Source: Lama guanicoe
Lineage: Eukaryota
Direction of reading: 5' to 3'
Length of the DNA stretch: 64,000 bases
NCBI GenBank assembly: GCA_013239625.1
Contig: MU056703.1
Location: 981,185 to 1,045,184, forward strand
The notes below the pieces were generated by a model that did not search any database, was not told where the DNA came from, and saw only the letters and a list, made by a program, of their open reading frames with translations. The first letter of the stretch is position 1, and each line of letters starts with the position of its first letter. Shown here piece after piece: positions 26,801-38,800 of this stretch. The position numbers and the translations under genes were made by a program.

Positions 26801-29800
26801 CGGAGGCCTGAAGTCTTCCCATGTGTAGCTTGTCTGGGTTTTTGCGGCTCCTTGATTCAAAATGAAGAGCAGTTTTTGCCAGACTTACATTTAACCCCTT
26901 GTACAGTTAGTGCTTTGTTTAAACCACGTCTTATAAAAAGAGCAGAAGCCTCTATTGTTGTCTGTGGTTAAGCCAAGTGGGAAAAAGTGGCCCCTCGCGG
27001 CGGTCGCGTCAGCCCAGGACCCGGCTCTGTGGTGGCTGTCACACCTGCAAACCGCCTGCTTCACATGAAGCCGTCTGTGTTGGTTTCTGACCTTTTAACC
27101 TAACATAGGCTGAGATACTCCCTCAAAATTTCAGGTTCTTCACTTACGGTGATTTCCCGCTGGAACAGCATCTGAAACAGATTCATGAAGAAGCGCTGAG
27201 TAAATTTGAGAAGATTGAGCCGCGGACGGCGGTGCCCGCGCAGCGGCCGTGGCCGGAGCCGGTGGGTGTGCCGGGGAGCGGTACCCCGCCCACGCCTGTT
27301 CACTGTGCGCAGAGGGAGGCTCCGACGGCTGTTGCCAGGGCTTTAAATGCTGTGGGCACTGCCCTGTGTTTAAGAGCTTCTCGAGCCTGAAGAATGGTTA
27401 CTTGTTTGAAAGGAAAGTTAAACTTAGTGGGAAGTGTCTCTTGGACCATTTTCTACATCCGGTAACGGCTGCTTGCTTAGACCCGTCCACGTATCCTCTG
27501 CCCACGTAACGCGCCCCGCCCTCTTGCAGAGGGAGTTCCAGATCACGTGTGCCCGGGACTCGCTGGCTGCGGGGTCCTCTGAGCAGACAACGGTCAGCGT
27601 CAGCTTCCTCCTGCCAGAGTGAGTGTCCGCGGGACCCGGAGGGACAGGGCCAGTGGGAGGTCGTGGGCAACGCCCCCATGGGAGTCCAGCAGGTGTTGGA
27701 TGTCAGGTGTTTGCAACCACGTCCAGGCTGGTTTGGGGTTTAGGGCTGGGGTCACAGGTGCGTCTGAGCATGAGGAGAGACTGTGAACTCTGGACGCAGA
27801 AAAATACTGGACACACAAGACTCTGAACGTGGAGGTCTGGGCGCTCAGGACGTGTGGGCAGGAAGGGGTCCGGCCACGCTACTGGGTGCGGGCCTCTGTG
27901 GCTGCACAGCTTGCCTTAGTGGCCCCACTCCCTCAGTGTTTACGTCCGTGTGGACGGGGCGGTTGCAGTAGATAGTGCCCATCAGGGTGCTCGGCGCCGG
28001 CCTGTGATGGCACTCCGTCCGCAGCCGTGTAAGCCTTGCGGTTTGGGACCCCCCCAAAACCCAGTACGCAGGAGCTTTTCAAACCAAAATATATATTTTT
28101 TTTGTCCATTTAACTATTCAAATAGAGGCTGAGATGCAAGAAATTCTGGTGGAAATTCGGTTTTGGGGGGAAATGGAAGTGTTAATTTAGTGGTGATTTT
28201 AATGACTCTGAAAACATTTGTGACGACCGTTTCCCCCTTTTCTCTGCTCCCCACTTTATAAATGAAGCATCACCAACACGTTTGAAGCCTTCACCCTGAG
28301 CCTTTTGTCCTCCCTCCTGATCAGCGGCCCCAACTCCCCCTTCTACAAAGCCCTTGTCGAATCTGGACTCGGCACAGACTTTTCTCCTGACGTTGGGTAT
28401 GTTTTCCTGTCAAATCAGATCCTCAGTCCACGGCTGGGGGCATTTTGACGTTTGACAGTGTCTGGACCCATCGTGGGTTGTCACAGCTGGTGGGTGGAGG
28501 TCGGGGGTGTAGGGGGCTCCAGTCCCACAGTCGCTGTACGGCCCTACCCACCCCAGCTTTGGTTCCCGTACAGGCTGTTTATGTCCTTGCAGGGGACATT
28601 CTGCAAAAAAACAAAAGCCAGCAAGGTAGCTCTTCCAGCATCTCAGAACTGCAGGCATGTTGTTGCCTGTCTTAAAAAGTCAGGTCACTAAATGTTCATT
28701 GAAATCTTAAGATTTTGTGAAACTCCGGAATCCTCTTTTTAAATTTATTCTTCTGGTACTCTAAAGTTTAAATCACGGTGATTTTACAAATGTAAACTGA
28801 CCAGTTGTATCTGAGGAGCGAGCGCCTGGGGACTCTGCATCGGTGGCTGCCACGTGGGGTGTGAAGTTCTCAGCCCTGCGCTGTAGCGTATTTGATCTTT
28901 CAGGGGCACGCGTCCTAAGGAACAGTGGAAACTAGATTCCAAGGCGTTCTCTGCCTTTGTGATTCAGGTATAACGGCTGCACGAGGGAGGCCTACTTCAG
29001 CGTGGGCCTGCAGGGCATCGCCGAGAAGGACATCCAGACGGTCCGGGACCTTGTGGACCGGACGCTGGATGACGTCATCCTGTACGTGAGCGCGCGGGGA
29101 CAGGCTTGTCCCAGCTCCCGGGCTGGGGGGGTGGGTTGGGGGCCGGGGGCAGTGTCTCCTCACGCAGCACAGCTGAATTCCTACCCGTCAGCTGTTGGAG
29201 TATTATCTCTGCTTCCTTGTTCACAACCATTGATTTCAACGTCTGAATTCTTGATATTTCTGTAGGCAAGGATTTGAAGACGATCGAATTGAAGCTTTAC
29301 TTCATAAAGTTGAAATACAGATGAAGCACCAGTCCGCCAGCTTTGGACTCGCCCTGGCGTCTGTGTGTAATTAATTTCTCAGACACCTCCTTCTCTCCTT
29401 GCTTTTGTGTTAGTGGTTCTTGAAAGTGTAGATTGTTACTCACAGCACCTTTCATTTGAACCTTGAAGGTTACAATGTTTGGGATCTGATACTAAACTAC
29501 TGTTCATTTAGTTTTAGTTCATTGTGTTTTGAGGGGAGGGTATAGCTCAGTGGTAGAGTGCATGCCTAGCATGCATGAGGTCCTGGGTTCAATCCCCAGT
29601 GCCACCACTAAAAAAATAAAAAAATAAATCTAATCACCCCCTAAAACCCCCCAAAATAAAAAAACTAGTAAAGTGAAATTAAAATTTAAAAAAAGATACA
29701 TGGTTCTTTTACTAGCTTATTACTTCATTAACTTTTCAACGTCTGAGATTTACACAGTACTTTAAATGGGCAGAGATTTATAGTAACTGTCGAGCTGTTG

Positions 29801-32800
29801 GTAATTATATTTTCCCAAAAGTAATTTTTAGACCTGTGCTTTTTAGTTTATTAGGAAAAAAGCACAAAGTGAGTTTAATTTTTCTTCTTGTGGAGAAAGA
29901 ATGGCTTAACTTTTGTTATGAACAGTCATCTGTGGTGTTTTAAATGTGGAAACTGAGGTCTGAAGGGCAAGCCAGGCCTGTGAGGCTCCTGCGCTGACGC
30001 GGAGTCCGCGGGGTAATGTGCATGGTGTTGTAACTCCTCTGCAGCACGTGGCTTCCTGCTGGAATCATGACGGGGATCCCGTGGAGTGCCTGAAGCTGGG
30101 GAGCCAGGTGGCTCAGTTCAGGCAGTGCCTGGAGGAGAATCCCAAGTTTTTGCAAGAAAAAGTAAAACAGTACTTTAAGGTAAGACAGTTGGAGAGTCTG
30201 TAATTTTGGAGGTGAATTTTATAGTAATGAGAGGAATATGAGGAGTATGATCTGCATTGTGTTAGTAAATGGGCAATGTAATTTCTTAGTTATTAAAAGT
30301 GTAAATGGTCATATTAGCTTTAAAAACATTTTTCAGGTTTTCATGCAAGTTGGTTTTTTTCTGAGTATGTACGTGTACTCTTCACGTGTGAGTGTGCGTG
30401 TGTGGGTGTGTAAGGGGACATCCACTTGCGCGTTTGTTCCACTGGTGGAAGGATCGCGCACAAGAGGCGTCTCTGTGTGTGGACTTTCTGGTGGTGGTTC
30501 CGAAGGGCTCGTCTGCGCCGCCTGCTGCTTCCCCAGGCTCGTGGGCTCCTGCACTTGGTGTGTGTTCTTGGTGGGTCTCCGTCACTGGTGGGGTAAAGGT
30601 CCTTGAGGCCTCGCCCGATGGGGAGGGCTGTCCCGTGGTGGGGGTGGCCGTGGTCTGAGCGCCATGTTCAGGGCGCGAGCCGTGTGTGGGCATTCGGGCC
30701 GAGGTCGCTGTGAGTTACAGGCTATTTTGCATGAAGTTCTTCCACTGTCTTAGTGTTACAGGTGAGCCTTTGCGTGTGGTTCTAGTTGCTGAAATAGGGG
30801 AGGCATGTTAAGTCACCTAACATTTATTTTTGTGTCAGGTCAGCATTTACTTGGTCCTCATAATTTACAGCACACAGAGTGAGGAATTCAGTTCCAGCCT
30901 TTGGGAGGGTGTTGGCGTAATGAAGACAAGATGAAGATCAGATTTTATTCCACGTTATCTTCAATTTCAACTGAAGCCAAAGATTTATAACAATAAAAAG
31001 TGCAAGCAGTTTCTTTGCACAGCCAAGATGTAGAGGAAGCGAATGTCCAGTTGTCGTGGTTCCGACCCGGTAACCATGGTGACTGTCATCCCGTAGCAGT
31101 GATAGCCGTACGTGGGGACCACGCAGGTCGTCAGGGCAGAGCACGGGGGCTGTAAGGACCACCGTAGCTCGAGTGCCCCTGCACACAGCCCTCTGGGCGA
31201 GTCCCGTCGAGATCTCCATGTGCGATGGGAAAACAGAACTGCGGGCCGACGGTGGCTCTGGGAGGGGCTAGCTCGGGGCGCCGGACGTGATGAAGTCTGT
31301 TCCCATTTGGCCCTTTGTTGCTCTGCTTGTTGCAGGATAATCGGCATAAGCTGATTCTGTCCATGAAGCCAGACGACCAGTATTCCGAGAAGCAGGCACA
31401 GGTGGAGGCAGAGAAACTGAAGCAGAAGGTCGACTCTCTTTCCCCGGAGGACAAGCAGCAGATCTACGAGAAAGGTCCGCGCCAGCCCTGCCCCCGCCTT
31501 CCCCAGCCCACGGGGCTCCCTGGCGGTAAAACAGGTGTCGTCTCCACGGACAGTGCTCACCGGGCGCCTGCAGAGCTCCACGCCCGGTGCAGTGGGTTCA
31601 GCCCCAGGAGGGCTGACCGTGTGCTCAGAAGCCACCCTGTGCTCCAGCAGCAAAGGCAGGAGCTGAGAAAGAGGTGGCTTTGCAAGGTTTATCCGCTTTC
31701 CAGGTTTGATGCATGGTCTCTCCGCGCGGGGCTGTAACAGGCCGCTGAGCCTGTCGCGTCACGGTTCACAGTGAGCTGCCCATCGGGCCGTGTGGACGGT
31801 GCATGCCGTGGGTTCAGGGGAGGCAGGTCTGGGGAACAGACCCGGAGCGCGTCCTGAAGCTCCACTGGGTCCGTGTGGTGCCGGCGCGGTGAGCACAGAC
31901 CCCGTCTGTCATGGGATGGTGCTCACGGGCTCTCCTGAGCAGCCGGGTCTGCTCCTGGTACTTCCCCAGAGGGACGGAGGCGTCCGTCCACGCGAGCCTT
32001 GACCCGCCTCACTCCCACCCGCCGGGTGTCCACGCGGTGCGGGCCTGGGAAGCGCTGCTCGGCCAGAGGCTGCAGGGGCCGGGCCCTCAGTGCCATCGGT
32101 CTCAGAAGCGCTGTGCTGAGTGCGGTGAGCAGCGCAGGGGGCACTGCTGACGGGGCTCGCTCCTCGGAGCCCTGGACGCGGCGAAGCTGTGGGGACGGAA
32201 GGCGGCGAGGCCGGAGCGGGCGGGGTGCCTGCAGGGGCCCTTCCCAGGCGAGGGCGTGTTGTGTTACCACACACACTGCCGAGTCGCTGTGAACGGCGTC
32301 ACGTGTAAGTTAGACGTGCGTAGAGTCTGTTACTACGCACACACAGCACACACACGCGCAAACACGCGTGCACCACTCCCCTGCACCCGGACCGCGTTGT
32401 GAGGCGTCCAAGGCTTGTCAGGAGGCGGAGGTGACTTGAGGTAGAAAGAAATTCCGTTTTGATCATGCTGAGTTTGAGGTGATTTAATCTTGTAAAGACA
32501 AAATTAGTGTCAGTGTGTGACCGGTTTTGTGTGTCTGAATTCTTGTTTGGACGTGCAGTTACTTTAAACGTGCCGTAGATTCAACGTGCTCACTGTGATT
32601 GGTGCAGTGAACAAGCGTCTGTGCCGTGAGTGCCAGCCGACAGGTTCCAGCTTCCTTCTCCAGGTTTTCTTTTGAGGAGGAATTGACATACAATGCTGTG
32701 TTAGTTTCAGGTGTACGCTGTAAATGTTTGATACATTACACGTCACGAGGTGACCATCACAGTAAGTCCAGTAACGTCCATCGCTGCACATGGTTACAAC

Positions 32801-35800
32801 TTTGTCTTGGGGTGAGAACGATTAAGTTTAGTCTCTCAGCGGACTTCAGACACGCAGCGCGGTGTCAGTAACCGCGGTAGCCGTGCTGCCTGTCACGTCC
32901 CCAGGAGTTCTTTTATAACCGCAGGTTTGTACCTGTGACCCCCGCCCTCCATTTTCCCACCCGCCCCACAGCCACCATTCTTTTCTCCGTATCTGTGAGC
33001 TTGATTTTTTGTGTTTTTGCTTCTTCAGATTCCGCGTATAAGCAGATCGTAGGTGTTTGTCTTTCTCTGACTGACTTCACTGAGCGTGATGCCCTCGAGG
33101 TCCATCACGCTGCTGCAAATGGCAGGATTTCCTTCTGTTTTATGGCTGAATCGTAGTCCGTTTGTAAACACCCCACGGCTTCTCTATCCAGCCGTCTGTC
33201 GACGGGCACTTAGGTTGCTCCCATGTCTTGGCTGCTGTGAACATGGGTGCGCGTGTCTATACAAGTGAGTGTCTTCATCTTGTTTGCATACACACCCAGG
33301 ACGGGAATTGCCGAACCACATGGCGGTTCTGTTTTTCGGTTTTTGAGGAACCTCCACGCTGCTCTCTGGCGGCTGCGCAGTTTACGTTCCCAGCAGCGGT
33401 GCACAGGGGCCCCCTTTCCTCCCGCCCTCGCCGACGCCTGTTATCTGGTCTTCTCGCTGCTGGCCCCTCTGACAGGCGTGAGGTGATGTCTCGTCGGGGT
33501 TTGATCTGCGTTTCCCTGATGATTAGTGATGCTGAGCATCTGTTCAAGTACCTGCTGGCCACCGGTGTGTCTTTGGAAGCAAGCTAGCTCAGATCCTGCG
33601 CCCGTTTTTTCATTGGATGGTTTGGTTTTCACTGTTGGTTCCCTTAGACGTTTGGGGTGTTCGCTCCGCACCAGGTGGTGCTTCATTTGCAGGCGTTCTG
33701 TCCCGCTGAGCAGCGGCCGTTGCCCCTCCATAGTGTCCTTTGCTGTTAGAAGCTTTTCCGTTTGCTGTGGCCCCGCCTGTTTGTAGCACAGACAGTAATT
33801 CCGTGCCTGAGCAGCAGGACGTGCGTCCCGCAGTTGTCAGATTCCTGGCCTGGCCGTGGAGCTGTGCTGTGTTAGGAAGACCAGGGTGATCCCGTCCAGC
33901 CCTGCACGGGAAGGAGTGGGGGCCCCATTAAAAAGGTGTGTTTTGTTTCGGGGATCACTGCAGAGCTCTGTTAAGTAGGACCCAGTGCTGGTGTGCTGAA
34001 CGGTTGCCTTGGCTCCGCAGGTCTTCAGTGTGGCCCCCAGTGTGGGGAATCTGTGGATAAACACCAGTGAGGACGGGGGCGGGAGTAACGTCCAGGCGTC
34101 CTCGGTTCTGGTGTCTGTGTTTCTATGCACGTGAGGGGCCGGCAGGGCCTGGGATCTGGCCAGGGAGGTGGTGCCGAGAGGGGCCGCGGGGTCGGGGCAG
34201 GCGGGGGACGTTCTCTGGGACTAGGACCTTCACGCTGTCGCCAGCCCTGGGCCGGTGGGAGGCAAGAGGGCCTTCTCCAAGAGCGCGAGTGAGGCAGCGT
34301 CTGGGCAGGGGGTCGGGACGCTCAGTTGGCAGGGTAACGACCAGGGGAGGGGCCTTGAGTCCAGGAGGTTTGAGCGGGTCCCCGGCGGGTGGGGGGAGGC
34401 TGAGGGAGGGGCCGGGCGGGGCCTCCACCGGGGACCTGGCGGTGGGAGCCCGAGGGGGGCGGGGCGGGGGTGCTGGCCACGCTGGGGGGGCCTCACCTGT
34501 GACGCCCAGGGCTCTGATGTCACACACCGCGCTGAAGCCTCCGGTCCCGGAATGACCCCGAGAAAGGGCTGCCTTCCTCACATCACATCAGGGGAGGATT
34601 AGCTGGAGGGGCCTCACCTGTGACGCCCAGGGCTCTGATGTCACACACCGCGCTGAAGCCTCCGGTCCCGGAATGACCCCGAGAAAGGGCTGCCTTCCTC
34701 ACATCACATCAGGGGAGGATTGGGCCCAGAAGATGTGTTTTACCCCTTTTTATGATTTGTGAACTGTACGTGGTCACACACGTATTTTGTGGAAATTAGT
34801 GAAAATAAGAATGAACAGGTACAGAAGTGAGTGAGTTTGAGTCCAGCCAGAAGTGGTTTGAAAGCTCTGAAAGCAAGTTCCGTCTACACAGAATTTGGGG
34901 GACGGAGGGGAAGCTGTGTGGACGAAGCTCCCCCCGCCCCCATGTCCAGCAGAGTCATTCCTGTAACCGCTGGGGTGGGACTGAGCCACCGTGCTGCCTG
35001 CTGAGCAGTGGCCGCTCTTATGCGCTGGCTTCCTTGGGCACAGGGGACACCTGGGACGGCGGTGGCCCAGCTGCCGGCACATGCCTGCGTGGCCGACCCG
35101 TCCTGGGCCTCAGCAGACAGGAGACGGATGCGCGGGACCTTTTCAGTGTCGTCCTGAAGGTCCATCCCCCACCTTCCAGGGTTAGAGCTACAGACCCAGC
35201 AGAGTCGACCCCAAGATGCGTCCTGCCTGCCTGCGTTGAAGGTGTCAGACATCGAGCCCCGCATCCCAGTGACGGAGCTGGACGTGGTGCTGGCAGGTCA
35301 GTGGGCTGGCACCCCGGCTTGGGTCCCGCCCAGCGTACCAGGGAGGGCATCCGAGCCCCTGTGTCGTCACACCCCCCCCCCCCGCACACACACACATTTC
35401 TGTAGGAGGTACTCTCCGTGACGCTGGGCGTGGACCCAGGAGGGGCTGTTTCCTGGGCAGGTCAGACAGGCGTCCTGCTGCCTCTGGTCCTTGGGCTGGG
35501 GCTTTGCTGTGCTCTGTCCGAGCTCGCTCCTCCCGACTCGGGTGTCCCCGGGGCCCAGCCTGCGTCAGGCCATGTTGGGGGGACAGCTGCTGCTGCTCCA
35601 TCACGGAGCCCCCCAGGTCGGCCCCATGTCACTCTGAATTCTGCCTGACGCAGGGGACACGCCTGGGACGTGGTGCTTCCACGTGGCCGGGATTTGGTTC
35701 TGCCACCGTGTCCCGAGGACGTCCAACCACGGCCCGGCACCTGGGCACCAGCACTCCCTTGCCCTCTGGGGCATGTCTGCCTCCTGCTCTTCCAGCGGGG

Positions 35801-38800
35801 CAGCCTGGGCACCACACCCGGCTGGCGTGTGCGCGTGTGCACACCCGTAAATGAACCCTCTTCCCAACCAGGCTTCCGGGAAGCGGGGTAGGCGTCCCAC
35901 TGGCCCTTTAACCCCCTAGGTTTGGTTTGTCGGTGGAGCTTTAAGTGCCCGTGGAAAGAACCAGCTAAGTACTGAGTCGTCAGTAAAGCCGCACGTCCTC
36001 GGCTGGCTCGGGCTCTGTGTGGGGTTAGCCGCTGGAGCCCAGGCAGTTCCCCCGAGGGGCCGGGGCCTGGGTGGTGGGGGGCAGTGAGGTCGCTTGTTGC
36101 CGGAACGGAGGCCACGCTGACGCCAGGGCTTCCGGGTGCAGGTGGGGAGGCGGCTGGAGGGCTGGGGGGGTCACCGGCCCCGGGGCATGCTGACCGCTCG
36201 CTCTTCGGAAAGCAGGGGTCGCTGAGGGCTGAAGACTTGCAGGTTTTGCCATAATAAAAGTACAGGAGGGAAATTTGCCTGCATTGTAGCAAATGAATAG
36301 GGTTTTGTTTTGTTTTTTAGTTAATATAAATGTTAAATTTCCATCCTTGGAAAGCATTAGCATTTTAAAGATAGTAAACGACGGTTATGTGGTAAAAATG
36401 TTGAACGCTCAGGGCACCTCTCGCCCCCGCAGGCGGCGAGACGCCGGTGCAGCTCTGCGCGCAGCCCACCAACGGCCTGGTCTACTTCCGAGCGCTGTCC
36501 AGCCTGAACACGCTGCCCGAGGAGCTGCGGCCCTACGTGCCCCTCTTCTGCGCCGTCCTCACCAAGTAAGGCCCCGCCGGCCCTGCGCGGCGCCGCGACA
36601 GGCGTGCCCTGCGTGTGTGTTCTTCCTGCGTGGTGACCGCTTCGCAGTGACTCGTTTTCCATTTCACGTCCCCTAGAGGTGTTGCCAGATGTGGGCCGAG
36701 TGTGTGTGGAGAGTTTCTTAGAAGAGCATACTTTCTTATTAAGATACATTAAGACACTTACAGAGTGCAGGGTAACACAGGAACATCTTTCTGGTCGACT
36801 TGGTTCTTCCTAAGCTTATGAGAGCCTGAGTGTTTTTCATGAGAAAGTGTGAGTCGTTAAACGCGACACGCAGGCCTGGGGTCACCCCGAGAGGCCGCGT
36901 TGTGCATCTGCCCACTGAGCTGGTTTTGTGGTCCCCGTTGTCCACGAGGACACTGAGACGCCAGTGGGGTCCCTTCCCTGCGTCCTGGGTTCACAGACGG
37001 AGGGAAGTTGTGTGGGCAGACGACCGTTGCGGGAGCCGGGCGAGAGGGGGCCCCTGACCAGTGTCCGGCTGTGTGGAAGGAGCCCTTGGCCTCGTCAGGT
37101 GCTTCTGCCCTTTCATTGGTGTGTCCTTGGCCGCATAGTGGATCCAGGAAGCTTGGATTGTGTCTATTTTGGGAGCAGCGGTTGGAATGTTTCTCCCAAA
37201 AGCATCATCGGTGTTGAGGTGACTTCTGCTTCCCTTAAATATATAAAAAGGCTGTTTTTTCAGATTTTGCCCCCAAGACTGCCAAGCACTGTGCAGATGG
37301 AGTCTGTCAGCGTGTTTCGGGAGGAGGGGCGTAGGGAAGGCTGGAGAAGCACCGGGGAGGCGGCCGGTGCAGGGCAGGTGCTGCTGAGGGGCTCCCTGCA
37401 CTGAGACCTGGCTCTGCCCGGCGGCGACCTGGTGCAGGGTGACGGGAGGCACCTGGGCATGTGGCCCGGAGGTGACGCCGGGGGGAGGGGGAGCCCAGCC
37501 AGTGACTCGGTGTTTCTCTGCCCATCGTCAGGCTGGGCTGCGGCGTCCTTGGCTACAGAGAGCAGGCCCAGCAGGTGGAGCTGAAGACGGGGGGCATGGC
37601 CGCCGCCCCCTGTGTGCTCCCGGACGACTCGCACCTGGACACCTACGAGCAGGTGGCCTGTCTCCCCGGCACGGCGGGCGGGGGTCGGGCTGTTCCTCTG
37701 GTGTTTTGGTTCTTATCCCTCTTAAATTACATCATAATTAATTTCCTCTTCGTCTTGCTTTTTGCTTTTGATTCAGGGTGTGCTTTTCTCATCTTTCTGC
37801 CTCGATAGAAACCTGCCAGACATGATGCACTTGTGGAGTGAGATATTTAACAAGTAACTATTGCACAGACGTAGACGCGGGCGGGGCAGCCAAGAGCCGA
37901 GACAGGAGCAAAGCCCTCCTGTCTCGGCTCTTGGTCTCTGAGACTGACCTGTGGTCCCCACGCGAGGCTTCGGGGGCGTTCACGTCGTCTGAGGACTCGC
38001 CCGGAGCGGCTGTCCCTGCCGCTGGGGGGCGCGGACGGCTGCCCAGGCGCTGACTGTTCCTCTCCGCTCAGCCCCCGCTTTGACGAGGAGGAGCACTTCC
38101 GGGTGCTGGTGAGGATGGCGGCTCAGGAGCTGTCCAACGGGGTGCCCGACGCGGGGCATGTGTACGCGTCCGTGCGGGCCGGCAGGACCCTGGCGCCCGC
38201 GGGGGACCTGCAGGAGACCTTCGAGGGGATGGATCAGGTGAGCAGGGCTGGGAGTTCGTGTCTCAGGGCAGCTGACTCTCCAGCCAGGTTTTACGGGGAG
38301 ATCAACTTCTTTAGCTCAGCCTCCTCTTTCCAGCCGCGGCCCCATCCCTCCCCAGCCGGACAGGTGTGTCCCTGCGGGCCTGGCCGAGGGGTGTCTGGCG
38401 CGGGCCCTACCTGTGGGTGCTCTGCCTGGCGCAGGTGAGGCTGATGCAGAGAGTGGCGGACATGGCAGACGTCAGGCCCGTCCTGAGAAAGCTCCCGCGC
38501 ATCAAGAAGCACCTGCTGAGCTGTGATCACCTGAGGTAGGGCTGCGCCGTCTCCACGCGAGGAGCCCAGTTTTGGGGCGCTTTTTGCTCACAGTGACAGT
38601 CCCAGAAGCTTCAGACAGAGCACTGTTCTGCCAGCCGGGGGGCTGTTCTGTGTGGACGTTGAACGTGCGTCCTGGGAGGTGGGGAGGAGGGCAGGCGAGG
38701 TGAACCCCAGAGCCAAGGCTCCGCACAGGAGCCCGGGACCCCGTGGAGGGGCGTGTGCTCCAGACGGAGAGTGAGAGTCCGGACCCCTGGCTCCGGGGCC

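Noticed and set aside
34481-34721. CRISPR-like or mobile-element interpretation of the direct repeats
   Set aside because: Mammalian intron with two directly abutting copies and no spacers; it is a simple tandem duplication.
38431-38441. CAG|GTGAG at the start of PITRM1 exon 20 as a recursive splice site
   Set aside because: The flanking introns are short and the sequence is explained by Val-Arg codons; there is no independent support.
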